Below, piece after piece: positions 21,801-30,864 of a stretch of 64,000 nt of DNA (within the stretch, counting starts at the first letter, position 1; the number at the start of each line of letters is the position of its first letter). The stretch is from a virus. The notes beneath the pieces are model-generated. The model searched no databases and was not told where the DNA came from. It saw only the letters and a program-made list of their open reading frames with translations. Position numbers and translations under genes: made by a program. The stretch spans positions 54,246-118,245 of the IMG/VR virus record IMGVR_UViG_3300023179_000033; one strand, 5' to 3'.

Positions 21801-23109
21801 ATAATAATTTAGCGCCAAGAAGTAATCCCGGCCCAGATAAAAAGTTACCAATACCTTTTAACAAACCTGCTCCTATTTTTCCTCCAATTCCTTCGCTTTC
21901 ATCTCCTGTAAAATTTTCTAGAATTGAATTTACACCACCTAAAACTTTTTTGATTGCTGGAGCAAGTGTTAGTTCTCCAATTTTTGCACCAGCAGCAGTT
22001 AAATTTGCAATTGTTTCATTCAATAAAGCTGAAAGGGTTGTATTTAATTCTTCATTTCTTCTTACTGCTTCATCTGTTGCACCCGTAGAAATTTTTAAAG
22101 CATTAGAAAAGATAGAATATTCTTTATTTAAATCTCCTAAAGCAGCCTTTAAAATATTGATTTGGAAAACTCCACCGACTTGCTCTGCAATTGCTGCTTT
22201 TTGTACGCCATTTAATGTATCATATTTTTGAGATAAATCACTTAATATTTGAATTAATGGTCGTATATTACCTTCTGTAGTTCTTGTTTGTACTCCTAAT
22301 TGTTCTAGTGCATCTAATGTATCTGTTCTTTGTAATCTTGTAAAAATTGTCTTAAAAGAATTTCCAATAACTGCGCCACCTCTAGCAGTAATTTGTTGAG
22401 CAGATGTTACAATTGCTATAAGCTCATCAAAACTTACACCTGCATCTTCAGCAGAACTTCCTACTCGCTTAACTGCTTCCGCAAGATCTGCTGAACTAAC
22501 AGCAAAACTAGCATCAACTGCAGCTAATTTATTAATAATATCAGTAGAAGTTAAAGCTGCCCTTTGGAAACCATTAAGTGAAGCTGTAATTGCTTCGACT
22601 GAACTAGCGGCATCTAATCCAGAAAGACGAGTTAAAATAAGTGCGTCTTGAGTTCTTTTTAAGGTATCCGCTACACCTAAACCTTGACGCGAAAGTTCTG
22701 TTGCAGCTGTTGCTACTGTAGCAAATGAATTTCCTGTACTCTTTGCAATATCAAATAAACTTTTCCCAAATTGACCAAGGCTTTTATCACCAAGATTTAG
22801 TATAACATTAATATCTTTAAGTGCTTTCTCTACTTCAATCGTAGCTTTAACTGTTTCTCTAAAAGCAGTATTTATTGCATAAATTGCGCCTGCAGATGCT
22901 CCGAATGCCAAAACGCGAGCATTAGATGCTTCTAATGATTTTTCAAATTCACCTAACTGGCCTTTAATTTTACCTAAAGGGGCATCAAATCCTCTGCCTT
23001 TGGTATTTAAATTTAGAGTATATGGCCTTGAGGTTAGGGCTTCAATTTGTTTTTGAGCCTGCCTAATATTCGCTACTACATCTACTTCTAACCTATTACC
23101 TTGTGCCAT
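15895..23109 (-). CDS. Tail tape measure protein
   Basis: 2404 aa, Ala/Gln/Lys-rich and helical. TP901-type core ...FAVSSADLAEAVKRVGSSAEDAGVSFDELIAIV..GGAVIGNSFKTIFTRL. Confidence 0.92.
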   Translation of the reverse strand: MAQGNRLEVDVVANIRQAQKQIEALTSRPYTLNLNTKGRGFDAPLGKIKGQLGEFEKSLEASNARVLAFGASAGAIYAINTAFRETVKATIEVEKALKDINVILNLGDKSLGQFGKSLFDIAKSTGNSFATVATAATELSRQGLGVADTLKRTQDALILTRLSGLDAASSVEAITASLNGFQRAALTSTDIINKLAAVDASFAVSSADLAEAVKRVGSSAEDAGVSFDELIAIVTSAQQITARGGAVIGNSFKTIFTRLQRTDTLDALEQLGVQTRTTEGNIRPLIQILSDLSQKYDTLNGVQKAAIAEQVGGVFQINILKAALGDLNKEYSIFSNALKISTGATDEAVRRNEELNTTLSALLNETIANLTAAGAKIGELTLAPAIKKVLGGVNSILENFTGDESEGIGGKIGAGLLKGIGNFLSGPGLLLGAKLLFGVFQRLTVYTADALKSLTGLNAKGAEQAQIQQQIFSILQKNPEIISQINSGQTTLKGLQESILNTIKAQTLAMQQQVTLSKSLAASLASAGVSISKTGLTSGRLQTKGKADGFIPNLFDQEEASARRMGAVNPKAQMSAGTIGGQKFIKNNKEVEIVGMGRNGDSAVIPTYGSIGDKRQKELFEKMQFLGFVPNFAGPKSKGSEGFKAVKKGQYRDIDDFLNQRYPNMSKEDIAAAKQQYQKTKTLSEQKPIAINASRVGIIAAGKQGGSTIEYPNDLQGNPLKTKFYGIQNFVPHALSGKDFKKFDEQIEKNLAPAIKNIADSIIGPAAEKTFPKDTDIMNMMKSDTSAYPQIAGRIFETVISTAINKVLLADQKKSDGDVSGNRTWDYQPSDFFGTPENTKITKAIFGDSAAAALSSRTFIDSKLSPVGAGSTNASLKRKFFNTGYFVSQIEKQKQKAKKMARGFIPNFAGIKDAMETEKRMGGNPALDFQEGIGLYVRDKDTQPNFAAVKRDHPEGMGQAIKNSQKAQEALARGFIPNFKGLRGAIGGAKSFVKKGMPDVKRLFSDELEDIGPVLKGVKDNGLAASFGLSTLSGVVDEFNKDGQSAFGMVASEALKGASTFSTISSIIPGQIGLIVGAVVGTVQAIEGVTKGLKDAPLNKIIEESKRSSESFARLNDAMQKYATTFEKLSQLYEEGDPSKAGDIVKVQKELSDSLMGVPPKYRALIASAASLKELQDISGKILKEEGEAAKRKESGAKFAEAAKKAQGGFFQEAATQFQVGIQDAMNLDPTGIITAINAIPGQLSKALAEGVLGQEGFYKAGRAAEKVLPDFVENMSFVKSALGTGRSQEAQLKRGVFTKYDVTGGGRAAEEAKSYAMNLLGGLDEGFLKDLKSGKVDTSDPLKFIEALQNYKADPSQIEALKNILFNEGAAGKENIQLLIDQTKILGIEADATQKKVKELSEKMKKDQEEKKRLEEIERKAREEAARLAQELANMSKAMISSSLAARKMAFTRKANNAAIATEAFQANLNAEQPLLTEKAMAGYNYQIQTAQTEQAFQGQMFSAGQEGITGLVEAYQQAIQNEIQNITKSAGDAGVTPDQQARIQELQSVNLSGAVGQNESVDQVNANLQKIAANLKLGDSVQNTLTSQIQTTLQDSKNKQEELIEENRKQTEVQKAQYKAALRQIELQQNLKAFGGTEGFINPESQKPVLDKFYAGLKAMTTGKEFGMEKMAARGTLQAAMATVELTGGTGSAELNEKLKGTVLPQMVDSIRQEALDLASAARATGTPEGEAMAQVYEQRATEAEKIAEDQYDNALKKNKLPDNVDAMRSMMETLTSQLSSDPLTQGFKAALDGLNLNAQFEKISQLLNINNDIAANAQKQLTLKKELSDLETGLKNQFGSVEKAQALAAGGDDSAKQELKKYEEKKQELEAMQKQEKNLETVRETKTKAEAKESRVTMSRKDEAEAKTEGELGLAFHKSWNAREMAQLEGTFDKTYGGLEGARTAAAGGDKKAQEDVARYDKRLSDYNEAEVDLKKAKEERIKKEEEQKKKDKEKLLQSLPVKTQTTQTVVAPPAANPNINNAVAQAAQAPTAGQPKTQAATAVTTQTKTPSIVLGRNIDQEAIGKIQGVSSEATDFQYQGTFFKTQEDLNKYMASTAYGYDPIKRESERAQQEKLAGNALPATTPSPSTQTTQTVVAPPAANPNINNAVAQAAQAPTAGQPKTQAMGDAAYPHLNKPKEQWTSADWKAEEQRRTEEWNSKIDLGGTPGGKGVNAGDEKFLLGAESVRRNGVLVNKTPSKLGVNAGDEKFLLGSESVRGGMGSPRGRAAAALSQNVQSLLDRKPQPPKGILEQENPVKAAEERSKGQPSGETPKTSQGQKTERLADATEKLAQKMEMAATAQKESKNELTVTFTPISVDVKGAVESQNNELSEKLMKAITDAVEQLAPGIIAKLKGPPTQG
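16604..17092. repeat. Perfect 111-bp direct repeat (16604-16714 and 16982-17092) inside the tape measure gene
   Basis: Both copies encode TQTTQTVVAPPAANPNINNAVAQAAQAPTAGQPKTQA and are identical at nucleotide level on manual comparison. Confidence 0.9.
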
Positions 23110-23145
23110 ACTAATAAATATTACACGATATTTATGATATTTTTA

Positions 23146-24147
23146 TCATAATCCATGTAATTTTATTATATCTTGCATGCTTAATTCTCCACCCTTCTTA
23201 TCAGCTTCTTTAGATATATCAATAATCTCGTCTTTTTCATCAAATCTATTAATAAGCTTAATTTCATCTTTAGATGCTCCAACATATGTAGCTCCGTCCA
23301 CATTTTTACTTCTATATTTAACATCTGATGCACTACCAATATTTCTGTTTAAATCATACCAAGCCACAAGATCATCAAGATTTTCATAATACTCTTCTCT
23401 TGGAGAAACGCCTTTTGTTAGTACATTTTTACATGCTATTCCACACGACATTAATTCTTGTTGATAAGTAGATAATTTTACAATAGGTTTACCATAAAAT
23501 TCATAAACATTATTTTCTGTTAAGAAAAATGAATTTAAAAAAAATGGTAACGCAGCAATTTTTTTAATATATTTAACATGAAAGTTATTTGTGATAGCAT
23601 TATATATTAATATATATTTTCCTAGTTCTCTTGCGTCTATTTCCTCAAAAGATTCTTCAGAAAAGAAAGATTCTTCTAAATCTTTATCTTTAAATATAGA
23701 TTTATAAATAATCATTTCATTTGATCTTTTTGAGGCGTATTTTTCTGCTGTTATTCCCAATAATTCATCTTTTTCTATTAATATTGCATCTAATTCTTTT
23801 TCAATGTTTGATATTTGATTTTTAATACTTTTAACTTGGCTAGATATAAAAATCTTTTTTAGTGTTTCGTTTAAATTTGATATTTGTTTTTTATTGAAGG
23901 ATATAGCTTTTTCTTTTTCATAAGACCACATTTCGGCTTCACAAAGCTCTTTTATCTTATCGCTTTCATCAGGCAAACCATTTATCTTTGCCTCGTTAAA
24001 ATACTGGATATATAAATCTTCTATTGAACCTAATTCTAATTCTGTCGGATGTTTGATGTATATTTTTTCTGAAGCTACATAAGAATATCCTAATATAATA
24101 TCTTTATATAGTTTTCTTAAAAATCTATACTCATTATTTGCTGTCAC
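23146..24147 (-). CDS. Hypothetical protein, possible tail assembly chaperone
   Basis: 333 aa, directly upstream of the tape measure. Confidence 0.45.
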   Translation of the reverse strand: MTANNEYRFLRKLYKDIILGYSYVASEKIYIKHPTELELGSIEDLYIQYFNEAKINGLPDESDKIKELCEAEMWSYEKEKAISFNKKQISNLNETLKKIFISSQVKSIKNQISNIEKELDAILIEKDELLGITAEKYASKRSNEMIIYKSIFKDKDLEESFFSEESFEEIDARELGKYILIYNAITNNFHVKYIKKIAALPFFLNSFFLTENNVYEFYGKPIVKLSTYQQELMSCGIACKNVLTKGVSPREEYYENLDDLVAWYDLNRNIGSASDVKYRSKNVDGATYVGASKDEIKLINRFDEKDEIIDISKEADKKGGELSMQDIIKLHGL

Positions 24148-25015
24148 TTACTTCTTCTGTTTTTGCTTCTTCTGCTTTTGGTTCTTCTGTTTTTACTTCT
24201 TGATTTTGTTTATTTTCAGAAGTATTTGGAGTGCTTTCTTTTTTATCATTTTCAGATTTATCTATATTTTCTTGTACAGGAATATAGAACTTTTCGGCTC
24301 TCTCAAAATCTTCTTGACTTGCAATCTTGCCCATGTACCAAAAACTTACAAAATAAGCAAATTTCTTTAATACTTCACTCCAAAATAAAGACTCTTGTTC
24401 TTCTAAAGAGTCATACTCGCTTATTCTCTCTTCATATGTCTTACCGGGAAATAAAGGAGAAGGTTCGTCTTTTCCGTCTAATGTATAAGCTAAATTTAAA
24501 ACCCACCACATGATACATTGATTTCTTGCTCTATTTTCAGCAGTTTGATCAAATAGTGCTATTTGTGAAAACTCTAGGTTTTGTAGTTCTTGTCTTATAT
24601 CCGTTAATTCAACCATTAATTGTGCAATTCTAGAAGTTTTGGCCTCTGGAGAAACGCCCTCTAGATTAAGAGAAACCTTTTGAAATTCGGTTTCTTTAGT
24701 ATAAAGTTCAATATAAAGTTTTGTGTATTTTTCTTTTTCTGGGTCACTCATAGAACCGCCATCATTTTGATATCTTTTTGCAAGAAGCGCTCTAGTTAAA
24801 AGACCAGCTTTAATGCCTTCTGAAAGTTTAACGCCATAAAATAATTCAGCATCATCAAACATTCTTCTTGTTGGTTTTAAAATCTTAAATTTTACAGGTA
24901 CAACTTTTTTTACTTTTTTAGTTGTTTTAACTTCATTACCTTGTTCGTCTTTGGAAGTTTCGACTTGTTCCATTTCTTTTTCATTATTTACTGCAAATTC
25001 ATATAGCCATTTCAT
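24134..25015 (-). CDS. Hypothetical protein, possible tail assembly chaperone
   Basis: 293 aa, acidic tail, between tail tube and tape measure. Confidence 0.45.
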   Translation of the reverse strand: MKWLYEFAVNNEKEMEQVETSKDEQGNEVKTTKKVKKVVPVKFKILKPTRRMFDDAELFYGVKLSEGIKAGLLTRALLAKRYQNDGGSMSDPEKEKYTKLYIELYTKETEFQKVSLNLEGVSPEAKTSRIAQLMVELTDIRQELQNLEFSQIALFDQTAENRARNQCIMWWVLNLAYTLDGKDEPSPLFPGKTYEERISEYDSLEEQESLFWSEVLKKFAYFVSFWYMGKIASQEDFERAEKFYIPVQENIDKSENDKKESTPNTSENKQNQEVKTEEPKAEEAKTEEVSDSK

Positions 25016-25026
25016 ATTTTTACTCC

Positions 25027-25284
25027 TTATAGTAAGTTTTTAGATTTTAGAAAATCTTTGGTTTTGTTAAAATTTTTAACGCCACCAATAGTTTTAATAA
25101 ATTTATTTTGTTTTTCTTTATCCCAACTTTTAATATTTTGTAGGGATTTATTTTCAATAAAAGAGTTAAAATCAAAGTATCTAATCTTAAATTCTTTTTC
25201 TAAAGTTCTTTGTATAGTCTGAAGAGATAATGTGGTTGATAAAACTTCTTCTATAGGATAATTAAATAATACTTTGTTTTTCAT
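25027..25284 (-). CDS. Hypothetical protein
   Basis: 85-aa ORF, ATGA overlap with the upstream gene. Confidence 0.55.
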   Translation of the reverse strand: MKNKVLFNYPIEEVLSTTLSLQTIQRTLEKEFKIRYFDFNSFIENKSLQNIKSWDKEKQNKFIKTIGGVKNFNKTKDFLKSKNLL

Positions 25285-25568
25285 TTTTTTATTTCCATAT
25301 TTAAAAGATCTAGATTTTTGGTTATTTCTCTAACCGTTTCATTACCAAGATCTAATACCTTTTTCCTTAAGTAATTATATTTATTATCATCAAAATAATC
25401 AACATTTTTTAATGTTTCTTGATCTACTTTAGAATTAAGTTTATTGAGCATATTAATGTGCTCTTCTTGAATATCTTCGATTAAATTAAGATATCGTTTA
25501 TACAAAGATGTAATATTTCTATGTATTTGGAATACTAGAAATTCCTTTAATTTAGGATCTGTTTCCAT
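25281..25568 (-). CDS. Hypothetical protein
   Basis: 95-aa ORF preceded by GTGTAA at 25608-25603. Confidence 0.6.
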   Translation of the reverse strand: METDPKLKEFLVFQIHRNITSLYKRYLNLIEDIQEEHINMLNKLNSKVDQETLKNVDYFDDNKYNYLRKKVLDLGNETVREITKNLDLLNMEIKK

Positions 25569-25609
25569 ACGCCTAATAATCCACCTTTTTCCTTAAGTAT
25601 CTTTACACT

Positions 25610-25635
25610 AAAAACCCCGCTTGAGGGCGGGGTTT
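25610..25635 (-). terminator. Rho-independent terminator after the tail tube gene
   Basis: Minus strand AAACCCCGC-cctcaa-GCGGGGTTTTT. Confidence 0.8.
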
Positions 25636-25662
25636 CCAGTTAATATATTTTAAATTTATATA

Positions 25663-26751
25663 TTATGAAGCTTGATTCGATTGTATGAATAAGCCTTTCT
25701 TTGTATCATTTGGACCACCGATTTGAGCGCTAAAGTCCATTGTTACAGATTTATTATCACCGATTGAGGAACTAAATGATTGTGAATCAAGTTTAGCTCC
25801 TTTAAGAGTATATTTTAGTGCATATGGAGTATAACTATTATCGCAATTTGCACTTGGTACGCCAAGATTAAATGTTAGATCATAACTTCTGCTATCATCA
25901 CAAACAATATCAGTAAGAGCGTTTCCTAGATTATCACTTCCACCGATGTCACCGATTACAGCTTCGAAACTAGCTGTAACTGTTACTGGGAATGTAATTT
26001 CTCTAGAAAATGCAAACTTGCTTCCAAGTTGTTGAATTGGGTCTCTTCCAATATCTGCTCCTAATGTGAAGCTTTGAATTTTTAGATCACTTGCATTTAC
26101 GCCAAGACCAGATATGCTTACGCTAATATCGCCGGGACGTAAAGCTGTAAATCCATCACCAGTATTTGGTGTTGGAATGCCGAATGCTGTTGATGTATTT
26201 GCTGTACCAAATTGTGGATTTACGTCTGGTGTGAATCCTGTCATTGCAGGATAGAATTTCATATTTAAGCCTTCAGCATTGACTGTTACTGTTGGAAATC
26301 CTCCTACAGCAGCTTCAAGTTGATATGAAGTTAAACCAGCATTACCAATACCAATAACTCTGCCATTTACTCCGCTTGCGCCAGTTACGCCAACCGTAGT
26401 ATCAACATTAGCATCTGTACCTTCTGGAGAAACGTAAATATAATAATTATTGATATCTTTTCCACCAGAAAGGATACTTGCTAGAGCGCCTTGAGAGGCG
26501 CTTAATGCAAAACCTAAAGCTTGTTCGTTTTGTCCAGAATTTGCATAATAACTAAAATCTAAACTAACTGTTGGTTGTTCTAAAATAACACGATCAATAG
26601 CAGCAAGTTGACCATATTGATTAACGTCTTGTCTTGTAATGTCAAAACCATAATTTGCGGTTTGGACTCGGCTTAATTGTGTTAGACTGTTAGAACCTGT
26701 TGGCCCTATGAAAAGGGCTTCACTTTGATAAATCACTCTTTTTCTTGCCAT
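25663..26751 (-). CDS. Major tail tube protein
   Basis: 362 aa, G/S/T/A-rich beta protein between neck genes and chaperones; strong SD (AGGAG) and its own terminator. Confidence 0.7.
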   Translation of the reverse strand: MARKRVIYQSEALFIGPTGSNSLTQLSRVQTANYGFDITRQDVNQYGQLAAIDRVILEQPTVSLDFSYYANSGQNEQALGFALSASQGALASILSGGKDINNYYIYVSPEGTDANVDTTVGVTGASGVNGRVIGIGNAGLTSYQLEAAVGGFPTVTVNAEGLNMKFYPAMTGFTPDVNPQFGTANTSTAFGIPTPNTGDGFTALRPGDISVSISGLGVNASDLKIQSFTLGADIGRDPIQQLGSKFAFSREITFPVTVTASFEAVIGDIGGSDNLGNALTDIVCDDSRSYDLTFNLGVPSANCDNSYTPYALKYTLKGAKLDSQSFSSSIGDNKSVTMDFSAQIGGPNDTKKGLFIQSNQAS

Positions 26752-26818
26752 AATTTTATTTCTCCTTTAGAAATCTTTTCTATTATTACAGTTATTTTTA
26801 TATCAAGAGAAGTTGTTT

Positions 26819-27658
26819 TTAACACCTTGGATATCTAATATTAGATATCGTAAAATCAACAAACGCAGGAAATACTTGAGTATTCCTTGGGTTAAAATTA
26901 GCAAATATTTTACTAATATTTACTTCCATAATATAAAAAGCGTCATTAGATAGGTCAATACCAGAAGTTAAGCTATTATAGTTAAAATAGCCACTATTTA
27001 ATGCCCCAAAATTGTTAAATGGTGGATTTTTGATTAATGGGACATATCTTCTGGCAGTATCTTTTAATATAGAACAAGCTGCATCTAAATTGAACATATT
27101 ATCAGCTAATACAACCGCCCTAACCTCCATTATTGTATTATCCATACCTCCAAGAGCAAAAGGTTCATTTGTGCCACCATTATTTTTAAGGAATATACAT
27201 GGATAAGTAATAGATTCTATAGCTAGTCCTGTGGCGGTTTGAGTTGTTCTTGGTCTTGTTTTATATTCAGTTTCAAATAATAGCTCTTCTTCTGGCTGAT
27301 TAGTTAAATATATATTAAAATCTTTTACAGCATAATTGCCACTTAATGTATTGCTATTTTGATTAGTTGTAAAATATACTTGTCCTTGATTTGGATTAAT
27401 ACCTGTTAATCCACTTTGACCTACAGTAATAAATGAATTATTAACATAAACTCCAGATAATAATGTAGCGCCACTTATAGAAATATCAGATACTACCTGT
27501 TTGAATGGAAGACCATAACTATAAAATCCACTATAAATACTTGTAATTGGATAAAGTTTACTATTAAAGTTTTTATATGCCTCGCCTTTTGAGAGAAGGA
27601 TATTATCCATCCACATAATCATGCTAGACATTAAAATATTATCTAATTGTACTTTCAT
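26819..27658 (-). CDS. Tail completion/terminator-like protein
   Basis: Position before the tail tube; YPCIFLK..EPFALGG pattern. Confidence 0.45.
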   Translation of the reverse strand: MKVQLDNILMSSMIMWMDNILLSKGEAYKNFNSKLYPITSIYSGFYSYGLPFKQVVSDISISGATLLSGVYVNNSFITVGQSGLTGINPNQGQVYFTTNQNSNTLSGNYAVKDFNIYLTNQPEEELLFETEYKTRPRTTQTATGLAIESITYPCIFLKNNGGTNEPFALGGMDNTIMEVRAVVLADNMFNLDAACSILKDTARRYVPLIKNPPFNNFGALNSGYFNYNSLTSGIDLSNDAFYIMEVNISKIFANFNPRNTQVFPAFVDFTISNIRYPRC

Positions 27659-28224
27659 TTCTTTATACTATTTACAAACATTTTTATCATTTCAGACATA
27701 TATCTTACTCTTTTAAATGATGAACCTCTAACTTTATTTGCTGCTTGGACACCTTCGCCAGAACGACCACCAGCAAATGTTTTATAGATATAATTTCCAA
27801 ATCCAGAAATTCCTCTTTCTATACCAACAACCCAACTTCTACCGCCTTCCCAAGGCATAGGAGTATCTTTCTTAATCGTTTCTATATCTGGATATGTAAT
27901 AATAAATTTTGATCCATTTTTGCTTCTTCTACCTTTTTTAAATGAAAAGCTTTTGTCTAATAGATCGCGCAATTCTTGAATCGGAGCTTGACTTGCATAA
28001 AATCCAATATAACTGAACAAATTACCAATTCCATTTAATGTATTTGAGCTATTAGAAGCTGTTGCACCACCTTCAATTTCTTGAGTAACAGGATGATTCT
28101 CAAAATCTTCCATGAATTTTTCTTTGCTGTCTAAATAGTTTTCTTTTACAACTTCTTCTGCTTTATCTTCAAATGCTGAAGTTTCTTGAACTGCTTTTTG
28201 AACATTAAATAAAACTTTTCCCAT
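27655..28224 (-). CDS. Neck/tail-completion protein
   Basis: 189 aa with basic C-terminus; synteny. Confidence 0.4.
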   Translation of the reverse strand: MGKVLFNVQKAVQETSAFEDKAEEVVKENYLDSKEKFMEDFENHPVTQEIEGGATASNSSNTLNGIGNLFSYIGFYASQAPIQELRDLLDKSFSFKKGRRSKNGSKFIITYPDIETIKKDTPMPWEGGRSWVVGIERGISGFGNYIYKTFAGGRSGEGVQAANKVRGSSFKRVRYMSEMIKMFVNSIKK

Positions 28225-28667
28225 TATCTTGTTTCCCTTAGATAGAAAACATAATAAGTATTTCTTTGATAGTGTTTAACTATGCTAGTGCTAAATACAT
28301 TGAATGTTTTTCCATCAAAAGTTATATTCTCTGTGCGATCTGTATTGATATAATTTGCACAATCTTGTTTAACATAAAGTTCAACTTGTTGGTCTGGGAA
28401 CTTTAATTTAATTTCTGGATTTTCTTCCAAATTTAATTTTTCTGTATATTTTATTACTGCATCAAATGTTTGATATCTTGGAGTATAAGTATAATCTACA
28501 ATATTAGAATTTTCATCATATCCAAACATTTGATTTGTTGTATTTTGAACTATGTTTTTAATTGGCTCTTTGTTAACAACAATAGATTTCTTAAATGTTT
28601 CAAACCATGTATCGGCTGCACTTTCATACCAAGTTTGATCATTGGAAGTTAAGAAACTGCTTGCCAT
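28224..28667 (-). CDS. Head-closure (stopper)-like protein
   Basis: Start ATG 28667. C-terminal ITFDGKTFNV..YYVFYLRE is typical of head-closure beta barrels; synteny. Confidence 0.5.
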   Translation of the reverse strand: MASSFLTSNDQTWYESAADTWFETFKKSIVVNKEPIKNIVQNTTNQMFGYDENSNIVDYTYTPRYQTFDAVIKYTEKLNLEENPEIKLKFPDQQVELYVKQDCANYINTDRTENITFDGKTFNVFSTSIVKHYQRNTYYVFYLRETR

Positions 28668-28671
28668 AAAA

Positions 28672-29220
28672 TTAATTGGCAAATGGATTATTTATATTTC
28701 TTATATAACCATTGCCGTAAGTATAAGGATATCCAAGTGCTTCAACTGTATCATCGCCAGCAACTTGTAATGGACGAGATTCATTAATATTGTAATTTTG
28801 AATTAATTTATCTAATTCAACTACAATTTGTTTTCTTAATTCGCCATATGTTTTAGCGATTTCATTTTTATTAATTTTTCTTGCTGAAAATCCATTTTGA
28901 TTAATTTCTATAAGACCATCAACACTAGCTGCACCAAGAGCATTTCTCATTAAACGTTCATAATAATGAATCGAAAATAACATTTTAAATATACTTTTTT
29001 CAGCAAGTCCTACAGAGTCACCGCTATCTGATGGCGCAACTATTTCAAGATTAGTTTCATCTACATAAAATCGTTTATTAATTACATTATTAAGATCACC
29101 AATATTACTTCTAAGCCAATAAGCTATAGATGAAATACTAAGATCTGCTGGTTCACCCATCTCACGATAAAGTTCATCAGCAATATCAACAATTTTAGCT
29201 GGTGTAGCTGCATCTGCCAT
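28672..29220 (-). CDS. Head-tail adaptor-like protein
   Basis: 182-aa helical protein, first of the neck cluster; GTGTAA 10 nt upstream. Confidence 0.45.
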   Translation of the reverse strand: MADAATPAKIVDIADELYREMGEPADLSISSIAYWLRSNIGDLNNVINKRFYVDETNLEIVAPSDSGDSVGLAEKSIFKMLFSIHYYERLMRNALGAASVDGLIEINQNGFSARKINKNEIAKTYGELRKQIVVELDKLIQNYNINESRPLQVAGDDTVEALGYPYTYGNGYIRNINNPFAN

Positions 29221-29275
29221 ATAATAGATATTACACTATATAATATATATTATAATCAAATTATGAAAGTTATTT

Positions 29276-30139
29276 TTAATTTAATTTAAATAGTTCTAGT
29301 TTAGTCCAAGCGCCATCTGCTGTACCATTTATAACTTGATTTGTGGTATTTGATGTATACGCGGTTACATCAATATAATCGCTTGATCCATTTAAAGTGG
29401 TAATTCCAAAAAGACTTGCTGTAAAATCCATTCCAGAATTTACTGGCATTTGATGAAGACTGAAAGTTGTACCATTTTTTCTTATTTGAATATTAGTTTG
29501 ATCTGTTGGGGCAATAGTGCCTTTGACCCAGTTAACCATTGCGCTTACATAATAATTTCCTTGAACAGTAGGAGTTACTCTATATGTACCTGAGTTATAC
29601 CAATTATTAGGATCGGCTATCCCAGAAAATTGAATAACAGTATCTGCTCCATTAGGAATTGTTTGATCTGTTAGTCTTGCTAATTTTACATAATAATTGC
29701 CTAATGCATTTAAATTACCACTTATCAAAGTGTTTCCACTAACATATAATTTTGTAGTTCCTGTGTTTGGAAGTCCGCCTATTCCTAATGAATTTCCAGT
29801 TAATACAAAATCATTTCTATTATAAGATCCCATAATAACAGTATTATCATCAAAAGCTTCTATAATAGGAAGTCCAGCTATATCGTTAACGCTAAAAAGA
29901 GAGCCAGAAAGATTATCTGTTACAGAGAATAAACGACCATTAGCGCCATCTACAGAAAATCTATCTAATCCAGTAACATTAGATACATAACTAGTCAAAT
30001 TTAATCCACCATAATTATCAAAACTCATTCTATTAGCAAAAGCGCCGCCAGTAAAATTAGTATTAAATGAACTAGCGCCAGCAGTTCCTGTTGTAAATTC
30101 CATTATTCCTGAGTTTGGATTAATTAATATGTTGGGCAT
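29276..30139 (-). CDS. Fibre/appendage protein with C-terminal C1q/TNF-like domain
   Basis: YRVTPTVQGNYYVSAMV..IQIRKNG..LNGSSDYIDV is C1q-like. Confidence 0.6.
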   Translation of the reverse strand: MPNILINPNSGIMEFTTGTAGASSFNTNFTGGAFANRMSFDNYGGLNLTSYVSNVTGLDRFSVDGANGRLFSVTDNLSGSLFSVNDIAGLPIIEAFDDNTVIMGSYNRNDFVLTGNSLGIGGLPNTGTTKLYVSGNTLISGNLNALGNYYVKLARLTDQTIPNGADTVIQFSGIADPNNWYNSGTYRVTPTVQGNYYVSAMVNWVKGTIAPTDQTNIQIRKNGTTFSLHQMPVNSGMDFTASLFGITTLNGSSDYIDVTAYTSNTTNQVINGTADGAWTKLELFKLN

Positions 30140-30153
30140 ATAGATAAATTACA

Positions 30154-30864
30154 CTATGTTAATCTAAACCTTCCTTTTAAAGCATTGTAATTTTGAAGGA
30201 TTTCAACGCTATTTAATGGTCTATTATAAACAGAAGCAGAATAAATTTTTATTCCATTTTGCGTCCAATTATCTCCGTCTGAATTATAACCTAACTCAAT
30301 AAGATTTTTAGTATTAACTCCAAGACTTGAAGCTAAAGATTGAGAAGATCTTAATATTCCATTAACATAAAGTTGAACTAAATTGTTATTTATAACTCCA
30401 GCGATAACATAAAATCTATTAATAAAATTAGCTTTTGGAGTAATAGAATATTGAAGATCAAAGTAGAGATTTCCCGAGTCTTCTGCTCCATAAAATTGAA
30501 TATATGGATTTGCTCCATTTGGATCATAGAAACCAATAATCCATCCAGCGAAATTTATATCCATAGAAGCGATTAATGATCCAAAATTCCCTTGGGTAAG
30601 ATTTGGGCAAAAAGCTGATACAATAATTGTATGTTTATCTGAAATATTAGTATAACTTCTATTAAAATATACTCGGCTACTATTATAAATAGACATTTGA
30701 AATGCTTTATCTGATGAAAGACTTACATTTGTTAATGTACCATTCCCATTTATATTAGTTAAATCTTTACAAGTTGATCCCGAAGTATAACATTTTGGAT
30801 TTGATGGATCTATATGAAAAACTAAACCATTTGTAATTAAATCTGGTCCACCAGCGCAACTCAT
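30154..30864 (-). CDS. LamG/concanavalin A-like protein
   Basis: ITNGLVFHID..LYVNG..VYNRPLNSVEILQNYNALKGRF. Confidence 0.8.
   Translation of the reverse strand: MSCAGGPDLITNGLVFHIDPSNPKCYTSGSTCKDLTNINGNGTLTNVSLSSDKAFQMSIYNSSRVYFNRSYTNISDKHTIIVSAFCPNLTQGNFGSLIASMDINFAGWIIGFYDPNGANPYIQFYGAEDSGNLYFDLQYSITPKANFINRFYVIAGVINNNLVQLYVNGILRSSQSLASSLGVNTKNLIELGYNSDGDNWTQNGIKIYSASVYNRPLNSVEILQNYNALKGRFRLT

Noticed and set aside
23146-25015. Programmed -1 frameshift between the putative tail chaperones
   Set aside because: The second ORF is in the +1 frame relative to the first, and I found no XXXYYYZ slippery site near the overlap.
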